Origin: Longimicrobiales bacterium
Lineage (GTDB): Bacteria > Gemmatimonadota > Gemmatimonadetes > Longimicrobiales > Gaopeijiaceae
Assembly: GCA_965219445.1 (NCBI GenBank)
Contig: CBDCNQ010000005.1
Span: 672,001 to 736,000 of the forward strand
Reading direction: 5' to 3'
Length of the DNA stretch: 64,000 nucleotides
Made by a program: the position numbers and the translations under genes. Position 1 is the first letter of the stretch. Each line of letters opens with the position of its first letter. The notes beneath the pieces were generated by a model. That model saw only the letters and a list, made by a program, of their open reading frames with translations. It searched no databases and was not told the origin of the DNA. Shown in pieces: positions 31,940-42,136 of this stretch.

Positions 31940-32572
31940 CTACTTGACGTGTTGTAGGTCGAAGGCACCAGCAGCGGCTATCCCCCCGAGGACGGGGCCG
32001 GCCCAATAGATCCACAGGTGGTCGAAGATCCCATCGCCCGCGACGACGTCGACAAGGATGGGCCCCGTGCCGACGGCCGGATTGAAGACGCCCCCCGACG
32101 TGGCTCCGACAGCGAGGGCGCCCACCATGACGGTGAATCCGATGGCGAGGCCATAGTACGAATTGCCGGCGGTAGCATCGTCGGTCGCCACATTCAATAT
32201 CACGAGCGACAAGGCGAAAGTGAACAGAGCCTCACACAGAAGGACCACGACGAGACCAGCCTCTGGGGCCGGTGCAGGAGCAAAGGTGTCGCCCACGATG
32301 AACATCACGGTCAGGCTCGCCAAGATCGCGCCGCTGAGTTGTGCGAGTACGTACGGGACCAGATCACGAGCCTCCATTTTGCCGCGAATCAGAATCGCCA
32401 CGCTCACGGCGGGGTTATAGTGCGCCCCGGAGATATGTCCGCCCATGTACACCATCACCATCAACACCGAGCCGATGGCTAGAGGAGCCAGGGGCGTACC
32501 GTTCATTACCGTCAATCCGATCGTGAGGACTAAGAAGAAGGTCCCCACAAACTCGGTCACGTATCTACTCAT
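31940..32572 (-). CDS. Aquaporin (MIP family)
   Basis: EFVGTF, ISGAHYNPAV and GGVFNPAV (two NPA motifs), WIYWAGP. Confidence 0.93.
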   Translation of the reverse strand: MSRYVTEFVGTFFLVLTIGLTVMNGTPLAPLAIGSVLMVMVYMGGHISGAHYNPAVSVAILIRGKMEARDLVPYVLAQLSGAILASLTVMFIVGDTFAPAPAPEAGLVVVLLCEALFTFALSLVILNVATDDATAGNSYYGLAIGFTVMVGALAVGATSGGVFNPAVGTGPILVDVVAGDGIFDHLWIYWAGPVLGGIAAAGAFDLQHVK

Positions 32573-32739
32573 GATGAGCAAACTCCAATCTTTCGTTTTG
32601 ACTCTCGACCCGACGATCCTGAATCCATGCCGACCCTTGACCTCTCCACCCACGACCACCGGGGATTCGTGACGCAGTTTGCGGACCGCCAGCCCACCCG
32701 GCAAGCTTCAGAGGCCTACTTCTCCAACAGGCCTCCATC

Positions 32740-35214
32740 ATGAGCACTTCCTCCGAGCGACCCTCGGTAGGACTGCACGTCCTAAAGTTTGGGGGCACCT
32801 CACTCGGAAACTCCGACCGGGTGCGGGAGGTGGCGTCGATCATCGCGGCCCAATCCGAGAAGAGTCCAACCATCGCGGTGGTTTCCGCGTTAGGCCATGT
32901 CACCGACGAGTTGGTGGCCGCATCGGAGTTGGCAACGGGGGGAGACGCGAGCTACGCCAAAAAGTTGGAGGAGATCCGCGATCTCCACCTGGAGAGCGTG
33001 AAGGAGCTCACCGCCCCCAGGGATCGGAGTCACGTTGCCGAGTCAATCGATTCGATCCTGTCCGGCCTCGAGGAGCTTCTCCAAGGCGTCTCGCTCGTCA
33101 AGGAGTGCACGGCCCGCACGCAGGACGGCGTTTTGAGCGTCGGCGAGCGGCTCTCCACAATCCTCGTGGCGGGGGCCCTTCGGGCTCGGGGTACAGAGGC
33201 CGAGGCCTGCGACACCACTGGCCTTATCGTGACCGACGCCAACTTCGGTGCTGCTTCTGTGGCCATGGCGGCCACGCGTGAACGTGTGGTGCCGCACTTC
33301 GAGCAGGCCTCCGCCCTTCAGGTCGTGACCGGCTTCATCGCAGGGACGGCCGAGGGTGAGACCACGACTCTGGGCCGAGGCGGGTCGGACTACACGGCTA
33401 CACTGCTCGGGGCAATCCTCGACGCGGAGGCGGTAGAGATCTGGACTGACGTGAACGGGGTCATGAGCGCCGATCCACGCATCGTGCAGGAGGCTTTTTC
33501 CCTGGAGAGCCTCAGCTACGACGAGCTCATGGAACTCTCCCATTGGGGTGCCAAGGTGATGCATCCGGCGGCCGTACAGCCGGCTCGGGAGAAGGGCCTT
33601 CGCGTCCTCATTCGGAACACTCTGAACCGCGAGTTCGAAGGCACCGAGGTACGTGAGGGCCCCCCCAATACGCTGGGATTCCCGGTGCGAGGCATCGCTT
33701 CGATCAACGACGTCTCCCTGCTCCGACTCGAAGGCACGGGCCTCCCGGGATCCACAGGCACCGCCGAGCGCCTGTTCGGCGCTCTGGCTCGCGTGGGAAT
33801 CAGCATCATCCTGATCACCCAGGCATCGAGTGAGCGCTCCATCTGCTTCGCGGTCGAGCCGGGCAAGCTGGATCAGGCGGTCGCCGCGATCCATAAGGCG
33901 TTCGCGTTGGAGCGCCAGGCAGACCTCGTGGACGACCTGGTGGTGGAGCGGCGCTGCTCGATCCTGGCAGCCGTAGGAGAGGCCATGCGCGAGTCGCCCG
34001 GGATCGCCGGCCGCATCTTCGACGTGCTCGGCCATCACCGCGTCAACGTGCGAGCCATCGCCCAGGGGAGCTCGGAGCTCAACATTTCCTTTGTCGTGAC
34101 GCAGGACGATGAGGAACGCGCGTTGCGGGCCATCCACCGAGCCGTTTTCCGGCCACCGGGCCGTAGCCTGCGCCTATATGTGACCGGAGCTGGGCGGGTC
34201 GGAGCCGCGCTGCTGGACCAGATCGATGCGCAGACCGAGAAGCTACGCGAGGATGGGGTGGAGGTCGTTCTCGCCGGTCTTTCCCGAAGCAAGGGGGCGG
34301 CACTCAAACAAACGGGGCTGGACCTGAGTGATTGGCGCGGCGTGAGCGAGGCGGAGATGAGTACCGGAGCGGACATGGTCGAGGCCGCAGTTCGCTCCGA
34401 TCACCCGTGCCGCGTCTTCGTCGACGCCACGGCAAGTACGGATGTGGTCGAGGACTATGAATCCCTCCTCAGAGAGGGGGTCGCGGTCGTGAGTGCGAAC
34501 AAGATTGCGTTTTCGGGAGCGATGGAGAGGTTCGAGACGCTCCAGCGCCTTGGCGCACAGGGGATGGGCCTCTTCTTCGAGACCACCGTCGGAGCGGGAC
34601 TGCCCGTGCTCAAGACGATCGAAGACCTGGTGGCGACGGGCGATGAGATCGAGCGGGTGGAGGGGGTCCTTTCGGGAACGCTGGGATTCATCTGCGACCG
34701 CCTGATGGCCGGAACCCCGTTCAGCGAAGCCCTCAAAGAGGCCGATGACCTGGGCTTTACGGAGCCGGATCCGCGTGAGGACCTGGGCGGCCGTGACGTG
34801 GCCCGCAAGCTAGTGATTCTGGGGCGGATGGCCGGGTTTTCCTTCGAGTTGGACGATGTGGAGATCGAGCCACTTCTGCCTGGCGAGGGATGGGCCGACA
34901 TCAACGTGGACGAGTTCTGGAAGCGCCTCCGGGACGTGAATGCGCACTTCGCGGAGCGCCGCGAGCAGGCCATTGCGGCCGGACGTGCCCTCCGCTACCT
35001 CGCGTCTGTCGATGACGGTCAGGCCTCCGTTCGGTTGACAGAGGTCGCGCCCGGGCACCCGTGCTGGAGCCTCTCCAACAGTGAGAACCTCGTGACCATC
35101 ATCTCAACGCGCTATGCGAACACACCACTGGTCGTCCGGGGTCCGGGTGCGGGGCCCGACGTGACGGCCGCCGGAGTATTCGCGGACATCCTCAGAGCCC
35201 TGGCCGAGTCATGA
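32740..35214 (+). CDS. thrA: Bifunctional aspartokinase/homoserine dehydrogenase
   Basis: KFGGTS, TTLGRGGSDY, WTDVNG, ACT domains, ETTVGAGLP, TEPDPREDL and GPGAG…TAAGVFAD. Confidence 0.96.
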   Translation: MSTSSERPSVGLHVLKFGGTSLGNSDRVREVASIIAAQSEKSPTIAVVSALGHVTDELVAASELATGGDASYAKKLEEIRDLHLESVKELTAPRDRSHVAESIDSILSGLEELLQGVSLVKECTARTQDGVLSVGERLSTILVAGALRARGTEAEACDTTGLIVTDANFGAASVAMAATRERVVPHFEQASALQVVTGFIAGTAEGETTTLGRGGSDYTATLLGAILDAEAVEIWTDVNGVMSADPRIVQEAFSLESLSYDELMELSHWGAKVMHPAAVQPAREKGLRVLIRNTLNREFEGTEVREGPPNTLGFPVRGIASINDVSLLRLEGTGLPGSTGTAERLFGALARVGISIILITQASSERSICFAVEPGKLDQAVAAIHKAFALERQADLVDDLVVERRCSILAAVGEAMRESPGIAGRIFDVLGHHRVNVRAIAQGSSELNISFVVTQDDEERALRAIHRAVFRPPGRSLRLYVTGAGRVGAALLDQIDAQTEKLREDGVEVVLAGLSRSKGAALKQTGLDLSDWRGVSEAEMSTGADMVEAAVRSDHPCRVFVDATASTDVVEDYESLLREGVAVVSANKIAFSGAMERFETLQRLGAQGMGLFFETTVGAGLPVLKTIEDLVATGDEIERVEGVLSGTLGFICDRLMAGTPFSEALKEADDLGFTEPDPREDLGGRDVARKLVILGRMAGFSFELDDVEIEPLLPGEGWADINVDEFWKRLRDVNAHFAERREQAIAAGRALRYLASVDDGQASVRLTEVAPGHPCWSLSNSENLVTIISTRYANTPLVVRGPGAGPDVTAAGVFADILRALAES

Positions 35215-36167
35215 TGTCGAACACCGCAACCGCTCGCGCCTTCGCGCCCGCCACGGTCGGCAACATCATCTGTGGCTTCGATATCTTCGGCCTCGCTTTG
35301 GGGGAGCCCGGAGACGAGGTGGAAGCCAGACTGCGGAATGAGCCGGGCGTGGTGATTTCCGCAGTTCACGGTGATGAGGGACGCCTGCCGACCGAAACGG
35401 CTCTGAACGTGGCCGGCCTCGCCACTCTCGCCGTCCTGGCAGAAAGTGGGATGGAGGACCAGGGCGTCGAGATCGAGGTTTGGAAGGGTCTACCCATTTC
35501 GGGCGGGATGGGAGGCAGCGCCGCCAGTGCCGTAGCGGCCGTTGTCGCCGCGGATGCACTCCTCCAAACGGGACTGTCGCCCAAGGCGCTGCTCCGCTGC
35601 GCCTCGGAGGGTGAGCGGGGACCGAAGCGAGACACCCACCCGGACAACATCGCCCCGGCGCTTCACGGCGGAATCGTCATGGTCCGGCCCGAGGAATCCG
35701 GGATCGCCATTCCACTCCCCGTCCCCACCGGCCTCTCCGTGGCCCTGGTCCATCCCGATATGGAGCTCGAGACGAACGAGATGAGGGGCCTCCTACCCGA
35801 CGCGCTCCCGCTGAGCCAAGCCGTAAGACAGTGGGCGGACTGTTCCGCACTGGTCGTGGGACTGTACGAAGAGGACTGGGATCTCATCGCGCGCTCACTC
35901 GTGGACCGCGTGGCGGAGCCGCATAGGAGTCGCTTCATTCCTGGGTTCGACGCCGTCCGCGCCGCCGGCGTCGAGGCAGGCGCACTCGGAGCGGGACTGT
36001 CCGGCTCGGGGCCCTCGATGTTCGCCCTCTGCCGGACAATGAGCGAGGCCCAATCCGTGGCAGCGGCCATGGCCAATGCCTTCGCCGGGGTCGGCCTCGA
36101 GGGCGCCGATACCCACGTTTCCGAGGTAGCCAATACGGGCGCCCACGTGATCGAGACAGCGGCGTGA
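35211..36167 (+). CDS. thrB: Homoserine kinase
   Basis: APATVGN…GFD, KGLPISGGMGGSAAS, HPDNIAP and SGSGPS motifs. Confidence 0.95.
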   Translation: MMSNTATARAFAPATVGNIICGFDIFGLALGEPGDEVEARLRNEPGVVISAVHGDEGRLPTETALNVAGLATLAVLAESGMEDQGVEIEVWKGLPISGGMGGSAASAVAAVVAADALLQTGLSPKALLRCASEGERGPKRDTHPDNIAPALHGGIVMVRPEESGIAIPLPVPTGLSVALVHPDMELETNEMRGLLPDALPLSQAVRQWADCSALVVGLYEEDWDLIARSLVDRVAEPHRSRFIPGFDAVRAAGVEAGALGAGLSGSGPSMFALCRTMSEAQSVAAAMANAFAGVGLEGADTHVSEVANTGAHVIETAA

Positions 36168-37486
36168 GGTTCGTCAGCACCGGCGGGGAAAGTCCAGCCG
36201 CTGACCTCCGTACCGCACTCATTCAAGGACTCGCGCCGGACGGGGGGCTTTACCTGCCGGAGCGGATGGACCCGATCGACGTCTCGATTCTGACCGAGTT
36301 GCGCGGCCAGTCCTTCTCGGCCGTCTCGCGCATGGTGGCACGGCTCCTCCTCGGCTCGACGATCCCCCCTTCCGATCTCGACCGCATCGTCGACACTGCC
36401 CTGGACTTCGAGGTGCCGCTCGTCGCTCTGAGTGATGACGGGCCTACGAATGATGACGGCTCCACGGAAGACGTGTACCTGCTCGAACTCTTCCACGGAC
36501 CGACCCTGGCGTTCAAGGATGTCGGCGCGCGTTTCATGGCGCAGCTCATGGGCTACTTGATCCGTGAGGACGGAGTCCCGCTCACCATTCTGGCGGCCAC
36601 ATCGGGAGACACCGGGAGCGCCGTGGCCCAGGCGTTCTTCGGTGTGCCGGGCATACGGACCGTGATCCTGTTCCCCAAGGATAAAGTCACCCCTCTCCAG
36701 GAACGACAGTTCACGACCCTCGGAGGAAACGTGCATGTGCTCGAAGTCGATGGCACGTTCGACGACTGCCAACGCCTGGTAAAATCCGCTTTTTCGGACC
36801 CCACGCTCAGTGACGCCGTCCACCTCAGCTCGGCGAATTCGATCAATATCGGCCGCCTACTTCCGCAGATTTTCTATTACTTCCACGCAGCGGCACAGTT
36901 GCCCACGGGGTCGGCTCCACTGTTTTCGGTTCCGTCCGGAAATTTCGGGAACCTGACGGCAGGGTTGATGGCCAAGAGGCTCGGCTTGACGAGCCGAGGG
37001 TTCGTGGCGGTGACCAACGTGAACGACGTGGTCCCAGAGTACTTGCGGACCGGAGTGGTCCGTCCGCGCCCCTCCACTCCCACCATCTCGAATGCCATGG
37101 ACGTGGGTGATCCGAGCAACCTTGATCGCATCCTCGCCCTATATGACGGGGACGTCGATCGCCTCCGGAACGACTTGGTCGGAAGCGTTCACGACGACGA
37201 CGAGACCCGGGGCTGCATCACAGCGGTGTACCGGAGAACGGGCTACGTCCTGGACCCTCACTCCGCGGTGGGTTACCTGGGCGTCGAGGCAGGGCGTCGA
37301 GCGTTCGGGGGGGGACCCTACGTGGTGCTCTGCACCGCCCATCCCGTAAAGTTTCGCGAGGCCGTGGAGCCAGCGATCGGGAGCAGCGTGCCCGTACCGG
37401 AGCGCCTGGCCGCCTGCCTTGACGCCGAGCGTCACGTGACGCCGATTCCTCCCGAGATCTCAGCCCTGAGAGACGTCTTGCTCTAA
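36164..37486 (+). CDS. thrC: Threonine synthase
   Basis: GLAPDGGLY, ELFHGPTLAFKD, ATSGDTG, SANSINIGRL and VPSGNFGN motifs. Confidence 0.97.
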   Translation: MRFVSTGGESPAADLRTALIQGLAPDGGLYLPERMDPIDVSILTELRGQSFSAVSRMVARLLLGSTIPPSDLDRIVDTALDFEVPLVALSDDGPTNDDGSTEDVYLLELFHGPTLAFKDVGARFMAQLMGYLIREDGVPLTILAATSGDTGSAVAQAFFGVPGIRTVILFPKDKVTPLQERQFTTLGGNVHVLEVDGTFDDCQRLVKSAFSDPTLSDAVHLSSANSINIGRLLPQIFYYFHAAAQLPTGSAPLFSVPSGNFGNLTAGLMAKRLGLTSRGFVAVTNVNDVVPEYLRTGVVRPRPSTPTISNAMDVGDPSNLDRILALYDGDVDRLRNDLVGSVHDDDETRGCITAVYRRTGYVLDPHSAVGYLGVEAGRRAFGGGPYVVLCTAHPVKFREAVEPAIGSSVPVPERLAACLDAERHVTPIPPEISALRDVLL

Positions 37487-37537
37487 AACGCCGCCGAAGA
37501 AGTGGCGTGCGGCCGTGCCTCTAGTCCTCGCCGAACG

Positions 37538-38011
37538 TTACTGTTCCCCGCCCCCGGCGTCCCCCCACATGATCATCTGCCTCAGCTGGTCCATCGACCT
37601 CGGCAGTTCGGTCTCGCCCGCTGGAAAGTCGTTCATCTGAAGCAGGTAGGCGATAATGTCGACGTAGGTCTGCTCGGGTAGACCCCCCGGGTTGTCGTCG
37701 GGCATGGAGTAGAGAACGAACTCATAGATGTCCCCGATCGCCCGGTTGGTCCAGCGTCGCTCGAAACTTGATCCCGCGAACTCGGAAGACGCATGGCAGC
37801 TGATGCAATTGTCTCGGAAAAGTCCCTGGCCGCGGCTAGCCTGCGCGGCCGTATAGAAGGCGCCCCCCGATGAAGTCTCTGCAGCCGGAGCGGCAGCGGC
37901 AGCCGGCGCAGCCGCCGTCGGAGCGGCCGCGCTTGCGGGCGCGCTCTCCTGCGTGGATGCGCATCCTGTGAGCAACACCACCAATGCAGCATGAGCGAGA
38001 AGATTTTTCAT
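37538..38011 (-). CDS. Monoheme cytochrome c lipoprotein
   Basis: Lipobox LTGC, Ala/Pro linker, CISCH and distal SMP. Confidence 0.9.
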   Translation of the reverse strand: MKNLLAHAALVVLLTGCASTQESAPASAAAPTAAAPAAAAAPAAETSSGGAFYTAAQASRGQGLFRDNCISCHASSEFAGSSFERRWTNRAIGDIYEFVLYSMPDDNPGGLPEQTYVDIIAYLLQMNDFPAGETELPRSMDQLRQMIMWGDAGGGEQ

Positions 38012-38212
38012 TGATGTCCCCTTGAGTGAATGCGCTCACACTTTGCAAAAACAAGAGGCAAGTGGCAAGGGGGGGAGGCCTGTTCGCCGTGGACTGGTAC
38101 TCGTGGTCCCGCAACACGGACGATCCCGCTAACGTACTGTCTGCGGACTTTGGGGTAAGACGGTGTCGTCGATCGTCACGCCGTGGCATCATTGTCGAAA
38201 ACTTTCTGACGG

Positions 38213-40594
38213 GTGGGAACTGTGCGGAAATCGAGAGTGAAGTGGGTCTTTCTGGCCCTAGGCTTTCTAATGACGACGCCCCTCGCCGGGCAGGGATACG
38301 GACATTCCTTAGCCGTCGGAGACGGTGAAGTGATCGTCGGGGAGTCACTGAGTGAGGCGGCCCCTGGGTACGTCTACGTCTACCGAAAAGATTCTGACGG
38401 AGCCTGGACCGAGGTCCAACGAATCGAGGCATCCAACTCTGCCGTCGGGGACCATTTCGGCAGAACCGTTACGCTCTCCGGGGACCAACTCCTGGTCGGC
38501 TCGACCATTCTCCAGGCGATCTACGTGTTTGGGAAGGACGGAAGCGGCCAATGGCGTGAGACACAGACCCTGACCGTGAGTGACAACGTCGAAGGGAATT
38601 TCATCGGCCGAATCTCAGCGGCCGACGGTGACCATTTCCTAACGGCTTCGTGGGCCAACTCGGAGGGCCGTGGTGCGGTTTACGTTTTCGAACGGGACCC
38701 CGCAACGGGGCAGTGGAGCGAGACCGACAAGCTGACGGGCAGCGACGTCTTGCCGAATGACCTGTTCGGTATGTCCATCGCGGTGCATGGTGACTTGGCT
38801 CTGATCGGCACGGCAGCGCAGGCCAACGGTACTGGAGCGGTTTACGTGTTCAGGCGTGATCCAGCCACCCGGGACTGGTCGGAGCAGAGTAAGCTCGCTG
38901 GGCCGGGAATCGCTCCGAACAGCCGTTTCGGCGCGGCCGTGGGACTCATCGGCGGTGTTGCACTGGTCGCCGCCTCCACGCACGAGGTCGGTGTGGGTGT
39001 GGTATTCGAGTTCTCCTACGACGAATCGACAGGGGAATGGCAGGTCGGCCGTACCCTAAGGCCGTTCGACGGAGGGAATCCGGGCACACAGTTTGGGACA
39101 GCCATGCACCTCGGACTCGAAGAGACATGGTTCGGCGCTCCTGGCGCGGCCAACTTCGAGGGGCGGGCTTATGTGTTGTCTCGCAGCCCTTCGGGAGACT
39201 GGACCGGGGCCAGCAAGCTCACCGGGTCGGAGCTGGGACCGGGTGATCAGTTCGGTGGTACCGTCGCGGTACAGGGCGACCTCGCCGCGGTGGGAGTCGT
39301 CGGGGACGACTTCGACCTCGGTTCGGTTGCGATCTTCGAGCGTCAAGGCGGCATATGGTCGGAGGTCGGGAAAGTATTCACCGAGTCACCCCCGGCCATG
39401 GCTTCGATCACCGGCGGCCGAGTGGACTGCGAGGGCGGGGGGGCGGGCGCATTCAGCTGCAGCGACCTGGACATGCTGTCATTCTTGTCCGTTGCCGACC
39501 TCGGAGGGGGGCGCGGAGTCGAGGTGAACGACGTCTGGGGATGGACCGACCCCGACTCGGGCCGAGAATATGCGCTCGTCGGCCGCTACGATGGCACCTC
39601 GTTCGTAGACGTCAGTGACCCCATGAATCCCAGGTACGTCGGAAATTTGCCGCTGACAGACGGCTCGAGAGCGGATGTCTGGAGGGACATCAAGGTCTAC
39701 AGAGACCATGCCTTCATCGTGGCCGATGGCGCGGGTCCGCATGGGATACAGATCTTTGACCTCACCAAGCTGAGGGACGTCAGGGGCGACCCGGTCACTT
39801 TCGACGAGGACGCTCATTACGGCCAGATCGCGAGTGCTCACAACATCGTGATCAACGAAGACACCGGCTTCGCCTACGCAGTGGGGGCGGGGGAGGGAGG
39901 TGAAACCTGCGGCGGCGGCCTCCACATGATCAACATCCAGGACCCGCGAAGTCCACTCTTTGCCGGATGTTTTCAAGCAATGGGCACGGGGCGTCAGGGC
40001 ACGGGCTACAGCCACGACGCCCAGTGCGTCATCTACCACGGCCCGGACGCTGAGCACGAGGGCCGGGAGATCTGCTTCGGCTCTAACGAGACGGCGTTGA
40101 GCATCGCCGACGTCACGGACAAGGCCAGCCCGGTCTCACTCTCGACTGCCACGTATCCCAACGTGGCGTACGCCCATCAGGGCTGGCTCGATGAAGACCA
40201 CCGCTACTTTTACATGAACGATGAGCTCGACGAGATCGGGGGCAGCGTCGATCAGACACGTACGCTGATCTGGGACATCGCCGATCTGGACGATCCGATT
40301 CTGGCCAGGGAGTACTTCGCCGACAACGCATCGTCGGACCACAATCTCTACATCCGGGGCGATCTGATGTACCAGTCCAACTACGTGAGCGGGCTCCGCA
40401 TCCTGGATATCTCTGACCGGGAAAACCCCGAGGTGGTGGGGTCCTTCGACACCGTTCCAGGACCTTCCGACTCGCCGGGATTCGATGGCTCTTGGAGCAA
40501 CTACCCGTTTTTCGAGAGCGGAATCATCATCGTCAACAGTGGTAAGGAGGGAATGTTCATCCTGCGGGAGCGGGGGCGCCCCATTCTCGAGTAA
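38213..40594 (+). CDS. Secreted protein with FG-GAP-like repeats and a choice-of-anchor B (LVIVD-like) propeller
   Basis: Repeated FGxxV/GAVYVF units, NDVWGWTD…REYALVG, WRDIKVY, AHN, YSHDAQC, HQGWL and WSNYPFFESG. The start may be slightly downstream. Confidence 0.85.
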   Translation: MGTVRKSRVKWVFLALGFLMTTPLAGQGYGHSLAVGDGEVIVGESLSEAAPGYVYVYRKDSDGAWTEVQRIEASNSAVGDHFGRTVTLSGDQLLVGSTILQAIYVFGKDGSGQWRETQTLTVSDNVEGNFIGRISAADGDHFLTASWANSEGRGAVYVFERDPATGQWSETDKLTGSDVLPNDLFGMSIAVHGDLALIGTAAQANGTGAVYVFRRDPATRDWSEQSKLAGPGIAPNSRFGAAVGLIGGVALVAASTHEVGVGVVFEFSYDESTGEWQVGRTLRPFDGGNPGTQFGTAMHLGLEETWFGAPGAANFEGRAYVLSRSPSGDWTGASKLTGSELGPGDQFGGTVAVQGDLAAVGVVGDDFDLGSVAIFERQGGIWSEVGKVFTESPPAMASITGGRVDCEGGGAGAFSCSDLDMLSFLSVADLGGGRGVEVNDVWGWTDPDSGREYALVGRYDGTSFVDVSDPMNPRYVGNLPLTDGSRADVWRDIKVYRDHAFIVADGAGPHGIQIFDLTKLRDVRGDPVTFDEDAHYGQIASAHNIVINEDTGFAYAVGAGEGGETCGGGLHMINIQDPRSPLFAGCFQAMGTGRQGTGYSHDAQCVIYHGPDAEHEGREICFGSNETALSIADVTDKASPVSLSTATYPNVAYAHQGWLDEDHRYFYMNDELDEIGGSVDQTRTLIWDIADLDDPILAREYFADNASSDHNLYIRGDLMYQSNYVSGLRILDISDRENPEVVGSFDTVPGPSDSPGFDGSWSNYPFFESGIIIVNSGKEGMFILRERGRPILE

Positions 40595-40728
40595 GTCGAG
40601 TCCAAGGACTTCGGTGGTGGGGGAGAAGAGAAGCCCGCCACCCAATCGAGTGTGATGGTGGGGTGGGGATAGCGGAAGTAGATTAGCTCGCAGCCGATGC
40701 TCAACGTCCTGCCCAAAGAGGGGGAGAC

Positions 40729-41961
40729 ATGTCGAAGAGTCCGCTCGTGATTTGCGTTCTGGTCGCTCTGCTAGGCCTAAGCCTCCCGGCCGTGGCCCAA
40801 CAGAGCCCGGCTTCTCTCCCCGACGGAGAGGGCAGGGCCCTGGTAGAGGACGTTTGCACCCGGTGCCACGGCGTCAACCAGATCACCGGCTCCGCCGGGT
40901 ACGACACGCCCCAAGGGTGGCAGGATGTGTTCGCCACGATGATTAAGCTACCGGACGCTCAGGCCACCCGAGTGGCAGAGTATCTAGCGGCGCATTTTCC
41001 CGACCGGGCTGACCGGCGCCCCGTTCTGATGGCGGGCGACGAAACCATCAAGATCACGGAATGGATCGTTCCCACGCTGGGGCAGCGCTCACGTGACCCG
41101 GCCGAGGCACCCGACGGCTCGATCTGGTGGACGGGGATGTGGGCCAGCCTCGCGGGACGGCTCGATCCCGCGACAGGCGAGATGGAGGAATTTCTGCTCC
41201 CGGAGACGGCACGCCCACACACGATCGTTCCCGATGAGGCCGGCAACATCTGGTACACGGGGAACAGCAACGCCACCGTCGGCAGGCTCGATCCTCGGAC
41301 CGGTGAGATCACCGAGTACAAGACGGAGGCCCGAGATCCCCACTCCGGGGTCTTCCACCCGAACGGGATGCTCTACTTCACGGCCCAGCAGGCCGGGATG
41401 CTCGGCCGCCTGAACCCGAAGACGGGGGAGGTCACGGAAATCTCGTCGGAGCCGCGCCCATATGGGATCAAGGTGGACTCGAAAGGGACGGTTTGGGTCG
41501 CGTTCAACGGCACGAACAAGATTGGGGCGCTCGATCCGGAGACGATGGAGGTCCGCTATTACGAGGTGCCGAACGAGCGTTCGAGGATCCGGCGGCTCGA
41601 TATTACGAGCGACGACATGATCTGGTACGGGAACTCCACCATGGGCCGCATCGGCCGGCTCAACCCGGAGACAGGTGAGATCAAGGAGTGGCCCTCCCCA
41701 AGCGGGGCGGATTCACATCCGTATGCGTTTGCCGTCGTGGACGACGTTATCTGGTACAACGAGGCGGGTATGAGGCCGGACGCGCTCGTCCGTTTCGACC
41801 CGAAGACAGAGCAGTTCCAGAGTTGGGCCCTCCCCTCTGGCGTCGGCATCGTCAGGAATATGTGGGTGACGCGGGAGGGAAATCTCCTCATCCATCAGTC
41901 CAGCACGAACCGCGTGGGGATCGTCGAAATCTCAGGGAGTCGCATGACGCTCGATCGTTGA
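40729..41961 (+). CDS. Cytochrome c domain fused to a Vgb (virginiamycin B lyase)-like beta-propeller
   Basis: Signal peptide, LPDGEG…CTRCH, then repeated IWY/GRLDPxTGEI propeller blades. Confidence 0.8.
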   Translation: MSKSPLVICVLVALLGLSLPAVAQQSPASLPDGEGRALVEDVCTRCHGVNQITGSAGYDTPQGWQDVFATMIKLPDAQATRVAEYLAAHFPDRADRRPVLMAGDETIKITEWIVPTLGQRSRDPAEAPDGSIWWTGMWASLAGRLDPATGEMEEFLLPETARPHTIVPDEAGNIWYTGNSNATVGRLDPRTGEITEYKTEARDPHSGVFHPNGMLYFTAQQAGMLGRLNPKTGEVTEISSEPRPYGIKVDSKGTVWVAFNGTNKIGALDPETMEVRYYEVPNERSRIRRLDITSDDMIWYGNSTMGRIGRLNPETGEIKEWPSPSGADSHPYAFAVVDDVIWYNEAGMRPDALVRFDPKTEQFQSWALPSGVGIVRNMWVTREGNLLIHQSSTNRVGIVEISGSRMTLDR

Positions 41962-42136
41962 TGCTGGGCGATCCGGCTGGGCGGGTTAGCGGGCTAGCAA
42001 CCTAACGCACGGACCGTTGTCGCTTCAGCCGGAACGTCACGGTCGCTATGAGGACGTCCATCCCCCCTTCAACGAGACAGCCTCATGGACGCGCGGGACT
42101 GACCCAGTGCCCAGTGGCGCCCCCGCCGGCTAGAGC

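Noticed and set aside
32571..32739. Thr attenuator leader (…PPTTTGDS*) upstream of thrA
   Set aside because: No clear RBS or start and no terminator hairpin with a U-tract before thrA.
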